64,000 nucleotides of DNA from an uncultured virus (IMG/VR IMGVR_UViG_3300032087_004222) (IMGVR_UViG_3300032087_004222), one strand, 5' to 3'. Counted from the first letter of the stretch, positions 28,197 through 36,130 are shown. The notes: generated by a model from the sequence alone, not told the origin. Numbers and translations: made by a program.

Positions 28197-28409
28197 TTAT
28201 TCTTCCTGCATCCTCAACGCATACTTCAGTCGGTGAATCTCGCTTATCATCCACTCAAGCACCTCCCGGTGCTCCTCATTGAACACAGCGATCGTTTCCC
28301 AGACCTCATTGAATCCATCATCATCCACGTGGGTGACGCCCTTCAGGGTCAATTCGTCCTCTAACTCGTCTATGAACACGTATTTCCACTTACTCTCCAT
28401 GTCTCTCAT
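28197..28409 (-). CDS. Acidic hypothetical protein
   Basis: First gene after a repeat copy; start is 28409 or 28400. Confidence 0.55.
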   Translation of the reverse strand: MRDMESKWKYVFIDELEDELTLKGVTHVDDDGFNEVWETIAVFNEEHREVLEWMISEIHRLKYALRMQEE

Positions 28410-28422
28410 CTCTCCTGTTTTG

Positions 28423-28439
28423 CTCCTTTAAGTATGATT
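28423..28439 (-). promoter_or_regulatory. 17-bp repeat copy 7
   Basis: Exact match. Confidence 0.75.
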
Positions 28440-28812
28440 TCGATCGGCACCCTTGCTGTCCCCTGAATCCAAGTGTCCGGTGTATAGTCCGCACACAATA
28501 CTGATGGCTGGTAGTATCTGTCTCACTACACAGTAGTCTCTACACACATATAGTAATACATACTTAGGTAAGTGTAGGATTGTTGGACGAATCCTCGTCT
28601 TGTGTATGGACTATAGATCGGACACTCGGACGGAAGGCCAACGGGCATCCGCCCATATACGCATACGCGAATGGGTCATTGCAGCCTGTCGGCATCCGCC
28701 CACCCCGCACCGGCCAGATCGCCCGTCCCTTCAAGAGGGATAGGCACACAGGTCGTGGCTGTCTCTCCACAATGGGAGACAGATGCAGGGAGGATAGGGG
28801 AAAGCCCCTGTG

Positions 28813-28838
28813 GGAGAGGGGCCCGTAGGCCCCCCTCC
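28813..28838 (-). terminator. GC-rich stem with C(UACG)G tetraloop downstream of the 28865 gene
   Basis: Minus strand GGAGGGGGGCC-UACG-GGCCCCUCUCC: 11 bp with one G-U pair that forms only on this strand. Confidence 0.5.
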
Positions 28839-28864
28839 GCTGGGGGTAGGTGCGCCCTACCGAC

Positions 28865-29755
28865 TCAGGCGGTCCCCCCTGTGATGACTCCGCAGGCGAT
28901 CGCGCCTTGGTACCGGGCTCGCACTTGGTCGACCTTCTCCTTTGGGTCGATGGTCAGGCCCGCGCCCTTGAGGGCCTTGAGCATGTTCGCCTTGGTGACC
29001 TGCTTTGGCTTTCGTGCCTCCTGCCCCTTCTTGGTGACTCGCTTCACGCTCTTGCCGTTGCTGTCCGTGGTCGTGAAGGACGTTGACTTGGTTCCGTCTG
29101 GGTTGCCCTGCCATACGTTCGCCGAGGCGATGATCTTCTTCCGGCGGTCCTTCACGCTCGTGGTCTTTCCGTCGGCGTCCTTGATGACCTCGTACACGGT
29201 GTTTCCGTTCTCGTCCTTGACGACCTTACCGGCTTTCTTGACCGGGCGCCTCTGGACGAAGGCCTCCCACCACGTTGCCCCGTTCTGGTCCCTGTGCCAC
29301 GCTTTGGCTGCTGCGAACTCGTCCGTAAAGGGCCTGCTGATGCCATCGGCGAACCATGCCTTTCCGTTGTGTGCTGCGTTGATGGATGCGTTTAGGTTGC
29401 GCTGCGCTGCTAGGTGCTTGGCGTACTTCCGCATGATGCCCTTGGTGAAGGCGTCGGCGAGGCCCTTGTCGGTGGTGGGTACGTCTTTCTCGGCGTGTGC
29501 TAGGGCTGCTCTCACGAAGGCCCTGACGTCTGCTCGTGGGTTGGTGGCTAGGTACGAGACGCGAGTTCTCACGCCGTCGATGACTAGGTTCTTGATGTTC
29601 CACTTGGCCGTGGACTCGCCCATGAACATGGGTAAGGTCTCAAGGTTGTTTTTCCTGCCACGCAGGAAGGCCCCCACCTCCGGGGCCATGGACGTATAGG
29701 TCCACTCTTGGTCGGTCGTTGTCTGGCTGTCGGTATGTGCTGTGTTGTTCGACAC
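28865..29755 (-). CDS. Basic Lys/Ala-rich protein, first gene of the early arm
   Basis: GTG at 29755 after a GAGGTGA RBS and repeat copy. The ORF-track extension to 30130 is unlikely to be coding. Confidence 0.7.
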   Translation of the reverse strand: MSNNTAHTDSQTTTDQEWTYTSMAPEVGAFLRGRKNNLETLPMFMGESTAKWNIKNLVIDGVRTRVSYLATNPRADVRAFVRAALAHAEKDVPTTDKGLADAFTKGIMRKYAKHLAAQRNLNASINAAHNGKAWFADGISRPFTDEFAAAKAWHRDQNGATWWEAFVQRRPVKKAGKVVKDENGNTVYEVIKDADGKTTSVKDRRKKIIASANVWQGNPDGTKSTSFTTTDSNGKSVKRVTKKGQEARKPKQVTKANMLKALKGAGLTIDPKEKVDQVRARYQGAIACGVITGGTA

Positions 29756-29781
29756 TTGTTCACCTCGGTCCTCCAGTTTTG

Positions 29782-29798
29782 CTCCTTTAAGTATGATT
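29782..29798 (-). promoter_or_regulatory. 17-bp repeat copy 8
   Basis: Exact match, upstream of the first early gene. Confidence 0.75.
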
Positions 29799-30140
29799 TG
29801 GCTGACCTCCATCGATTTCCGATGGTCGGTTTGGTGGACCGGCTCCCCACGTGTGGGTATAGCGGAGGGGCATAGCGGAACGTTGGTCGCTATCGCTCCA
29901 AGGAGGCGAGCCACAGTGCTACCCATATGGATGGGAGGGTGAACGTGGCGTAGTGGGTTCGGCTTGGTGCCAAGGCCATTCGTACAGGCGCAGCCGCACG
30001 ATTGCGTTGGTGGGGGCCAGTGTGGTGTGGGCGTGGTGGCAGCCCAGCCCCAACCCCCTGCCAAGAACGCTGCACTGCGAGCCTGTGCGCACACGCCACC
30101 GCACCCACCCCACGCCAGCGCCACGCCCACCCAAGCCCCC

Positions 30141-30313
30141 TTTAGCGGCAGGCATTAGCGGGGTGGGGGCAGGGGCGCAGTGCCCTTTAGCGGCAAGCCC
30201 CTTAGCCGGAGGGATAGTTTAGCGCCGCCTTTAGCGGCTCCTTTAACCCCATGCAGCGCTCCAGAAAAATTTCGGTGGGAGGCCCCCTTCCAAAAAATTT
30301 TGAAAATTTTCAA
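30141..30313. repeat. About six TTAGC(G) direct repeats followed by an A/T tract with the palindrome TTGAAAATTTTCAA
   Basis: TTTAGCGGC-like units at about 30141, 30155, 30186, 30202, 30218 and 30230; 14-bp palindrome at 30300-30313; sits at the strand switch. Confidence 0.6.
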
Positions 30314-30338
30314 GTAGCAAGCCCCCTCTCGACCCCAC

Positions 30339-30833
30339 ATGAGTGCGTTCGATGCCGCATGGTCGGTGCTCAAGGCGCTACCAGAGCAGCAGGCCGTGTC
30401 GCTCGGGGGAGTGAACCTTGGTACGGTGCATCCCTCTGTCCTTGGTCTGATGTCACGACTCCAAAGTGGGGGCAAACCGGTCCGCTACGTCAATGACATG
30501 CCTTTGGCGTTCGGTAGGCAGGATACGAGAGGGATGCTCGACGCGCACGGCTTCTTCCCAATACCTGAGTTTATGCTTGCTAGTAATATGGTTGATGAGG
30601 ATGGATCTCACGATTGGGGTGAGGCCCCATTCTTCCCAGAAGGTTGGGACTGGAAAGCAGGTGATAACTCATACTCCGAGCAGAGGCGTAGAGGCAGCGT
30701 TTTTGATGATCGCTTTGACGGGTTAGCCAGCGAGATACGACCGGGGGACCTTGATCCGAACAACGCTAGGTTGCGGCGGTTGGAAGCAGAAGGATTTCGT
30801 GAGTTAGGAGAGGCATTGAGACGTCTTGAGTAG
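30339..30833 (+). CDS. Hypothetical protein with N-terminal FDxAWxxLK tag
   Basis: MSAFDAAWSVLK|A. Confidence 0.7.
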   Translation: MSAFDAAWSVLKALPEQQAVSLGGVNLGTVHPSVLGLMSRLQSGGKPVRYVNDMPLAFGRQDTRGMLDAHGFFPIPEFMLASNMVDEDGSHDWGEAPFFPEGWDWKAGDNSYSEQRRRGSVFDDRFDGLASEIRPGDLDPNNARLRRLEAEGFRELGEALRRLE

Positions 30834-30899
30834 GGACTATAGGGGTCAATGAGATGATGCCGGAGTTCACCATCCACTACAATCAGGGCCAGCACCTCA

Positions 30900-31019
30900 C
30901 TATGTCAGAAACCAGCCCACTAGAGTGAGCAGGAACACCGCCAGAATGCCGATTTTGATGCCGAGGTCGATCAGTGCGTCGACCACGATCCTGTACATTG
31001 ACCCCGCTATGGACCCCAT
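30900..31019 (-). CDS. Possible small hydrophobic peptide
   Basis: Translated by hand: MGSIAGSMYRIVVDALIDLGIKIGILAVFLLTLVGWFLT. Confidence 0.35.
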   Translation of the reverse strand: MGSIAGSMYRIVVDALIDLGIKIGILAVFLLTLVGWFLT

Positions 31020-31070
31020 ATGCAGGCAGTCGCTGGGTTCATATATAAAACAGCCATGCCATTACTACTG

Positions 31071-31262
31071 ATGGCACAGTCCACAGACCCATTTGTCAGG
31101 GCATGGCTCATGCTCAAGACACAGCCACAGGGCACCCAGTTCACGGAGGCCGAGAAGTCGCTGATCATCTCCACGCTGACCAAGGCGATGACGAGCGGTG
31201 ACCCGATCATGGAGGAGGAGGCCAGCATGCTCTTCGCCCAATACATTGATGTCCAGAGATGA
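31071..31262 (+). CDS. Small protein with tag variant
   Basis: MAQSTDPFVRAWLMLK; TATATAAAA about 29 nt upstream (leaderless spacing). Confidence 0.6.
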   Translation: MAQSTDPFVRAWLMLKTQPQGTQFTEAEKSLIISTLTKAMTSGDPIMEEEASMLFAQYIDVQR

Positions 31263-31274
31263 TTCCGCAAGGTC

Positions 31275-32213
31275 ATGTCGGGGGTCATTCGCCTGTATGA
31301 GGTGGGTCCACGCGACGGTCTGCAGAACCTCGAGGGCGACATAACCACCGAGAACAAGGCCAACCTCGTCGAGTTGCTGCTCGATGCCGGTCTGGACCGG
31401 ATTGAGATCGGCAGTTTCGTGAATCCGAAGCACGTGCCGCAGATGGGGGACTCGAAGGACCTGTTTCTGTTGCTGCTTGATAAGGTAGGGGGCCGTGACG
31501 CGTTCTCCGTGCTCGTTCCCAACAAGAAGGGCGTCGAGATGGCCGAGAGCGTGGGCGCCGAGTTCCTCAACGTCTACGTCAGCCCCTCACCAACGTTCCT
31601 CAACGAGAATCTGGGCACGTTCGAGTTGTCGGAGGTGCTCGATCGGTACGACGAGGCGCTGGAGGGCATCGACAAGAGCCGCGTCAGGGGCTACATCAGC
31701 CTCGCGTTCGACTCCCCGTTCGGCGACTGGGACACCAAGGCGCTCGAGGACTGCATCGTGTGGTGCAAGGAGAACTGCTCGACGGTCGTGCTCGCTGACA
31801 CGGCTGGCATGGCCACGGAGAGCAGGCTCACCGAGGTGATCAAGATGGCGAAGAGGCACACCGACGACCTCGCCCTGCACCTGCACGAGCCACAGGCCAA
31901 GAGGGTGACCTTCGACAAACTGCTGACGACGGCGTACCTCGCTGGGATCAGGGAGTTCGACACCAGCATCGGCGGGCTCGGTGGGTGTCCGTTCGTTCCG
32001 GGTAGTTTCGGCAACCTGCCGACCGAGTACATCGTGGACTGGGCTGAGTTCTACGGCATCGAGATCGAGCAGTTCATCAGCAAGTCGAGGCTCGAGGCGG
32101 CTCGCCTGTACGCCGAGTCGATCACCGACACGCCCCTCACAGAGCGCCTGACGCGCTTCATATCAGGAAAACTGAGTGGTATTCGTCGACGCTGGATTCG
32201 TAGCGGAGCGTGA
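31275..32213 (+). CDS. Hydroxymethylglutaryl-CoA lyase (auxiliary metabolic gene)
   Basis: EVGPRDGLQN, GSFVNPKHVPQM, LADTAG, HLH, GGLGGCPF, GNLPTE. Confidence 0.92.
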   Translation: MSGVIRLYEVGPRDGLQNLEGDITTENKANLVELLLDAGLDRIEIGSFVNPKHVPQMGDSKDLFLLLLDKVGGRDAFSVLVPNKKGVEMAESVGAEFLNVYVSPSPTFLNENLGTFELSEVLDRYDEALEGIDKSRVRGYISLAFDSPFGDWDTKALEDCIVWCKENCSTVVLADTAGMATESRLTEVIKMAKRHTDDLALHLHEPQAKRVTFDKLLTTAYLAGIREFDTSIGGLGGCPFVPGSFGNLPTEYIVDWAEFYGIEIEQFISKSRLEAARLYAESITDTPLTERLTRFISGKLSGIRRRWIRSGA

Positions 32214-32546
32214 CTGCTCGCTCATCCGCTGCTTGTCAGCGGCGTCCCTGTCCGCCATCTCCTGTCGCCTCTGGTTGAGGTCCTTGAGTTTGTCGAAGGC
32301 GGAGTCCCCGGCCTCCTCAGCGCCCTCCCGCATGAAGAGGGGCCTCAGCCCCTTGGAGCCTGCGAGCGCACCAGCGCCCACACCGGCAGCGGCCCTGCCA
32401 CCGAGGAAGCCAGCGATCGCCGGTATTATCGGCGGGGCCTTGCTCAGGCTCGTTGCGACGGCTACGGACGTAGTATGTCTGACACCAACTGAACGACCGT
32501 TTGGGGAGGGGTCCGTAGCCGCCACGTCGAAACGGAATGTGCGCAA
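32163..32546 (-). CDS. Possible Gly/Ala-rich protein (antisense to the late arm)
   Basis: Fills the gap after HMG-CoA lyase; hydrophobic glycine-zipper-like stretch after LSK|A. Start uncertain. Confidence 0.4.
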   Translation of the reverse strand: MRTFRFDVAATDPSPNGRSVGVRHTTSVAVATSLSKAPPIIPAIAGFLGGRAAAGVGAGALAGSKGLRPLFMREGAEEAGDSAFDKLKDLNQRRQEMADRDAADKQRMSEQSRSATNPASTNTTQFS

Positions 32547-32590
32547 CTGTAAAATGCTTTAGGTGCCTATGGCCGCCTAGGTGAGTCGCC

Positions 32591-32836
32591 ATTGCTGAAT
32601 CGTTTGACGTCTACTTTGACCTTATCAAAGGTCAAAAAGGCCAGTTCGGCTATCCGAGCGAGTCGTACATCTCCCAAAGGCCTAGGAAGGTCGCCCAAGC
32701 CAAGGTTCAGCGACAGGCTAGGAAGGTCAAGACTCGCAAGGCGAAGGCGAAGTACAAGAGGCAAGTCGATCGTGGAAACGTTCGTCCGAAGATGAGAAGG
32801 CAGACAGGGTTAGTGAGGGTGGCGAGATCAAGATGA
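32591..32836 (+). CDS. 81-aa highly basic protein with tag variant, ATT start
   Basis: Translated by hand: (I/M)AESFDVYFDLIKGQKGQFGYP...RKVKTRKAKAKYKRQ...RSR. GGTGAG RBS; ATGA overlap with the next gene. Confidence 0.6.
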   Translation: MAESFDVYFDLIKGQKGQFGYPSESYISQRPRKVAQAKVQRQARKVKTRKAKAKYKRQVDRGNVRPKMRRQTGLVRVARSR

Positions 32837-33108
32837 CAACAGCATTCGAGATGGCATGGGAATCGATCGTGAAGGCATACGACTACGACAGCGCGGGCGG
32901 TAGGGGCGAGACCGACTACGGCCCGGACGGCAGGCCGCTCAAGAGGGTAGCACCCAGCGACGAGAACGTCCAAGGGGCCACCATGGGGGACTTCGAGTCC
33001 CAGATGGAGAGGCAGGGCGAGGAGGACCGGTTCGCAGGCAAGAGCAGGGAGGAGTTGCTCGCCATGGTCGCTCGCATGATGGCTGAGAAGAGGGAGATGG
33101 AGGCATGA
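32833..33108 (+). CDS. Hypothetical protein with N-terminal tag
   Basis: MTTAFEMAWESIVK|A. Confidence 0.7.
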   Translation: MTTAFEMAWESIVKAYDYDSAGGRGETDYGPDGRPLKRVAPSDENVQGATMGDFESQMERQGEEDRFAGKSREELLAMVARMMAEKREMEA

Positions 33109-33662
33109 AGGACATGAAGGGCAAGAAGGGCATGACGCTGGTCATCGCCGTAGGCAAGCCATCTCCGAAGTCTCCCATGGACACAGCGACCGCGGACAAG
33201 GACGAGAAGAAGAAGGAACTGGCACAGCGTGGGTTCGGGCGACTAGAGCCGACCAGCCTAGCGCAGATAGCGCAGCAGCAGGGCCTCCCGTACACGCAGA
33301 CCAGTGACGTCAGGCCGGGGACCAACTACGAGGGAAGGCAAGAGGAGGTGGAGGTGGCGACCAAGCCGAAGCAGCAGGAGAGGCTTCGGAACATCATGCC
33401 ACTGAGGCCAAGGGACCCACGGATGATCCAGCGGTCCGACGACGCGTTCGACATGGCGTGGTCCCTACTCAAGAACTACAACGTGATGGGGGTGCCATCG
33501 AGCCAGTCCATGATGATGGACCTGCAGGCTGCCCGGCAGAGGGTCAACGAACTCGATGCCGCTGCTCAGATGGAGCAGGACCCACAGAGGAGGATGCAGT
33601 TGCAGATGGAGGCACAGCGCCTCTACGAGCAACTCACGCAGATGATGTCAGCGCGAAGATGA
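33105..33662 (+). CDS. Hypothetical protein with internal tag
   Basis: DDAFDMAWSLLK|N at 33447-33473. Confidence 0.7.
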   Translation: MKDMKGKKGMTLVIAVGKPSPKSPMDTATADKDEKKKELAQRGFGRLEPTSLAQIAQQQGLPYTQTSDVRPGTNYEGRQEEVEVATKPKQQERLRNIMPLRPRDPRMIQRSDDAFDMAWSLLKNYNVMGVPSSQSMMMDLQAARQRVNELDAAAQMEQDPQRRMQLQMEAQRLYEQLTQMMSARR

Positions 33663-34666
33663 TGGGTATGCCGTTCCGCTCAGAGAAGCAGAGACGGTAC
33701 ATGTTCGCAAACGAGCCTGAGATAGCCGAGAGGTGGACGAGGAAGTACGGCTCGAAGCCGGTCGCCGTCAAGAAGGCGGTCGTGATGAGACCGAGCCCCG
33801 GCTCGATGTTCAGCAGCGCGGTGCTCCCCGCTCTCAGGGAGAGGATAAAGCGAAGGACGCCCTACAAGCACATCATGAGCCCCGGAAGGGCTGGGTCGCA
33901 GAAAATACAGGAGAGGATACAGAGGAGGGTGAGTGACCCGAAGATCATCTCCGAGTCGATGGAGGACCCGTATCAGGGGTCGCTCGAACTCGCGGAGTTC
34001 CTCGCCAGCCGTGGTCTCTTCGATGACAGGGGTATCGACGACAGGCTGTACCTGCAGTCCTACCTCTCACGCCCCGGCGAGACGTACGCCGCATCGAGCA
34101 AGGACTTGGCCGGGGCCATGCCGGAGTGGAGGAGGAACCAGTTGTTCACGAGACCGAGGGACCTCGGGGTCGTGTTCAGGGTGATGGGCAACCCTCATGT
34201 CGAGTCAGGGAGGGGGATCATGCCCATCACGGTCACCCCCGTCAACCCCCACAAGCCCGTCCAGCCCACGTACGCGTACACGGGGGCCCCGATCGGCAGT
34301 AGTACTATACCCAGCAAAGTACAGGCAGCGCTGATGGAGAACTACGAGGACCTCATCCAACCACCCTCCTCCATCTACGACGTGCGGACCGGCGAGCCGA
34401 TGGACATCGCCTTCCAACTGCTCAAGGAGCGCAAGTCGCCGGAGGCGATGAGGCACAAGTTGGAGTACGACAAGCAGTACGAGAAGACGCCCGAGCGGCG
34501 CAAGTACCAGCGCGAACTCCACGCTGAGAGACGAAAGAGGGGCATCTACGGCACTGGTGACCACATGGACGTCAGCCACACGCAGGGTGGGAGGCTGACG
34601 CTCGAGCCCGAGCATGCGAACAGGGCGAGGCACTTCAAGGACCGAGGTACGCTGAGGGTGGTCTGA
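33659..34666 (+). CDS. Multi-module protein with C-terminal HNH-like domain after an internal tag
   Basis: ATG 33659 (ATGA overlap). N-terminal MPFRSEKQRRYMFANEPEIA; GEPMDIAFQLLK|E; C-terminal GDHMDVSH...HANRARH. Confidence 0.65.
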   Translation: MMGMPFRSEKQRRYMFANEPEIAERWTRKYGSKPVAVKKAVVMRPSPGSMFSSAVLPALRERIKRRTPYKHIMSPGRAGSQKIQERIQRRVSDPKIISESMEDPYQGSLELAEFLASRGLFDDRGIDDRLYLQSYLSRPGETYAASSKDLAGAMPEWRRNQLFTRPRDLGVVFRVMGNPHVESGRGIMPITVTPVNPHKPVQPTYAYTGAPIGSSTIPSKVQAALMENYEDLIQPPSSIYDVRTGEPMDIAFQLLKERKSPEAMRHKLEYDKQYEKTPERRKYQRELHAERRKRGIYGTGDHMDVSHTQGGRLTLEPEHANRARHFKDRGTLRVV

Positions 34667-35136
34667 TGAGCCCCTTCGACAAGGCATGGACTCTGCTCAA
34701 GAGGCAGACCACGCTCGGTGAGTTCCACCCGGACCTACCAAGCCCATACGGCTCACACGTCATGCACTTCCACGGCACCACCCAACCAGCAGCGCAGATG
34801 ATCATGGCTGACCCCGTTGGCATCAGGCCGAAGCGAGGCGTACATGGGCATGGTGCCTACGTCAGCGACGACTACGAGGTAGCAAGGGAGTATGCCAATA
34901 AAAAGGCAGTCGACCAACGTGGGTGGGATGGAACGGAGGTCAAACCAATGGTGCTGGGCATCAGGGAGGGTTTCCTAGATCACAATAACCCCAGATTCCC
35001 AAGAAGAGAGCACAGACCCACTGTGACATCGGGAACCGAGGACTGGATGGAGGAGGGGTTCTACCCCTACGGTGTGAATCCCGAGTACCTGACCCAGATA
35101 CCAGCCGACCTCAACTGGTCAGGCGACATGCAATAG
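34666..35136 (+). CDS. ADP-ribosyltransferase (PARP/HYE-like) with N-terminal tag
   Basis: MSPFDKAWTLLK; FHGT...AQMI...G; HGHGAYVSDDYEVAREYA; late acidic strand WMEEGF. Confidence 0.7.
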   Translation: MSPFDKAWTLLKRQTTLGEFHPDLPSPYGSHVMHFHGTTQPAAQMIMADPVGIRPKRGVHGHGAYVSDDYEVAREYANKKAVDQRGWDGTEVKPMVLGIREGFLDHNNPRFPRREHRPTVTSGTEDWMEEGFYPYGVNPEYLTQIPADLNWSGDMQ

Positions 35137-35200
35137 GATGATTCCGATCCGTCCGATTATTCATCTGTACGATATACTCTACAAGTAAGTATAATTCTAT

Positions 35201-35217
35201 ATGTATAGACTATACAT
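35201..35217. promoter_or_regulatory. Perfect 8-1-8 inverted repeat (operator-like) in an AT-rich intergenic region
   Basis: ATGTATAG-A-CTATACAT, followed by TTAGACAC twice. Confidence 0.45.
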
Positions 35218-35288
35218 TAGACACTTAGACACATTTCTCACAATACCTTTATGTTGACCTCACGGTTGCCCTCAACAGGGGTCATACT

Positions 35289-35867
35289 ATGTCTCAAGAC
35301 AACAACGACGCCGAGATAAGGCTCATGGGACTCATTTTGAGCCAGTCGGCACTCATCGGAGTGGCAGTCGCCATCTTCGACTCTGAACTATGGCTAGTGA
35401 ACGACGATGTCTGGATGAACGGGCTGAACTACGGTATGGGGGCCTTTGCGGTGCAGGGGCTCGCCTACTACATGTTCAAGATGTTCTTCGAGAGGAACCT
35501 GCAGGAGCGGGCCCGCATCAACGAGATGCAGAGGTCGCAGCAGTCTAGGTTCCGCAGCATGCAGGCCAACTTCGACCAGAGGAGGTCGGAGATGGAACTG
35601 CGCAAGGCGGAGGCGGAACTCGAGAAGGAACTCAGGTGGATGGAGCAGAACCCCGGCAAGGTGCCGAGCGGCTTCAGCCCGACTGGAGCAGCACGGGACG
35701 GCCTGAACCTAGGCAGCGACATGCACAGCACGTTCAACCCCGGCACACCGGTCCACGAGGCCTCCGTCACGCCCTCATTGAACCTCGGCGTGAATGAGGA
35801 TGGCATACCCCTAAAGAAGGATGGCACCCCGGACCTTAGATACAAGAAGGTCCGAGGTGACGAGTGA
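35289..35867 (+). CDS. Two-TM membrane protein with coiled coil and C-terminal KKDGTPDLRY motif
   Basis: Two hydrophobic segments followed by an E/R/Q-rich heptad region. Confidence 0.75.
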   Translation: MSQDNNDAEIRLMGLILSQSALIGVAVAIFDSELWLVNDDVWMNGLNYGMGAFAVQGLAYYMFKMFFERNLQERARINEMQRSQQSRFRSMQANFDQRRSEMELRKAEAELEKELRWMEQNPGKVPSGFSPTGAARDGLNLGSDMHSTFNPGTPVHEASVTPSLNLGVNEDGIPLKKDGTPDLRYKKVRGDE

Positions 35868-36124
35868 TGGGCAAGATATTCAAGACCCCGAAGGACGACT
35901 CCGTGGAGGAGACCCTCCGCGCCATGCACTTGGCGAACACCGTCGACAACGTCTACGAGTGGGGCATAGGGTGGGTGCGGACGCTCATAGGGTTCGGCAT
36001 CGGCGTGTTCGGGACCAGCGCCATCGAGTACTACACCGACATAGCGGTATGGGAGTCCACCGGTGAGTGGGCCGCTGGCAAGGTCGAGGACCTCGCGCAA
36101 TGGCTCCTCGGTCTGGTGAGTTGA
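35864..36124 (+). CDS. Small membrane protein
   Basis: WVRTLIGFGIGVFGTSAI. Confidence 0.65.
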   Translation: MMGKIFKTPKDDSVEETLRAMHLANTVDNVYEWGIGWVRTLIGFGIGVFGTSAIEYYTDIAVWESTGEWAAGKVEDLAQWLLGLVS

Positions 36125-36130
36125 TCGGGC

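Noticed and set aside
28671..29699. 342-aa plus-strand ORF, and the many other long antisense ORFs
   Set aside because: These are shadows of GC-rich coding on the opposite strand, with no RBS, motifs or operon coupling.
9301..29798. 17-bp repeats as a CRISPR or mini-CRISPR array (Cas4-like gene present)
   Set aside because: Copies are 0.7-6 kb apart and separated by whole genes rather than 30-40-nt spacers. The Cas4-like gene is solo in the replication operon, which is common in archaeal viruses.
29756..30130. N-terminal extension of the 421-aa ORF in the track
   Set aside because: It crosses the promoter repeat and the low-complexity GC tract. An RBS and GTG at 29755 give a better start.
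32459..32521. 11-bp inverted repeat CGGCTACGGAC / GTCCGTAGCCG
   Set aside because: A single occurrence with a 41-nt spacer and no associated mobile-element features; function cannot be supported.
32592..32795. 67-aa TTG-start ORF from the track
   Set aside because: The overlapping frame starting at 32591 carries the shared tag and couples to the next gene, so it is the better candidate.
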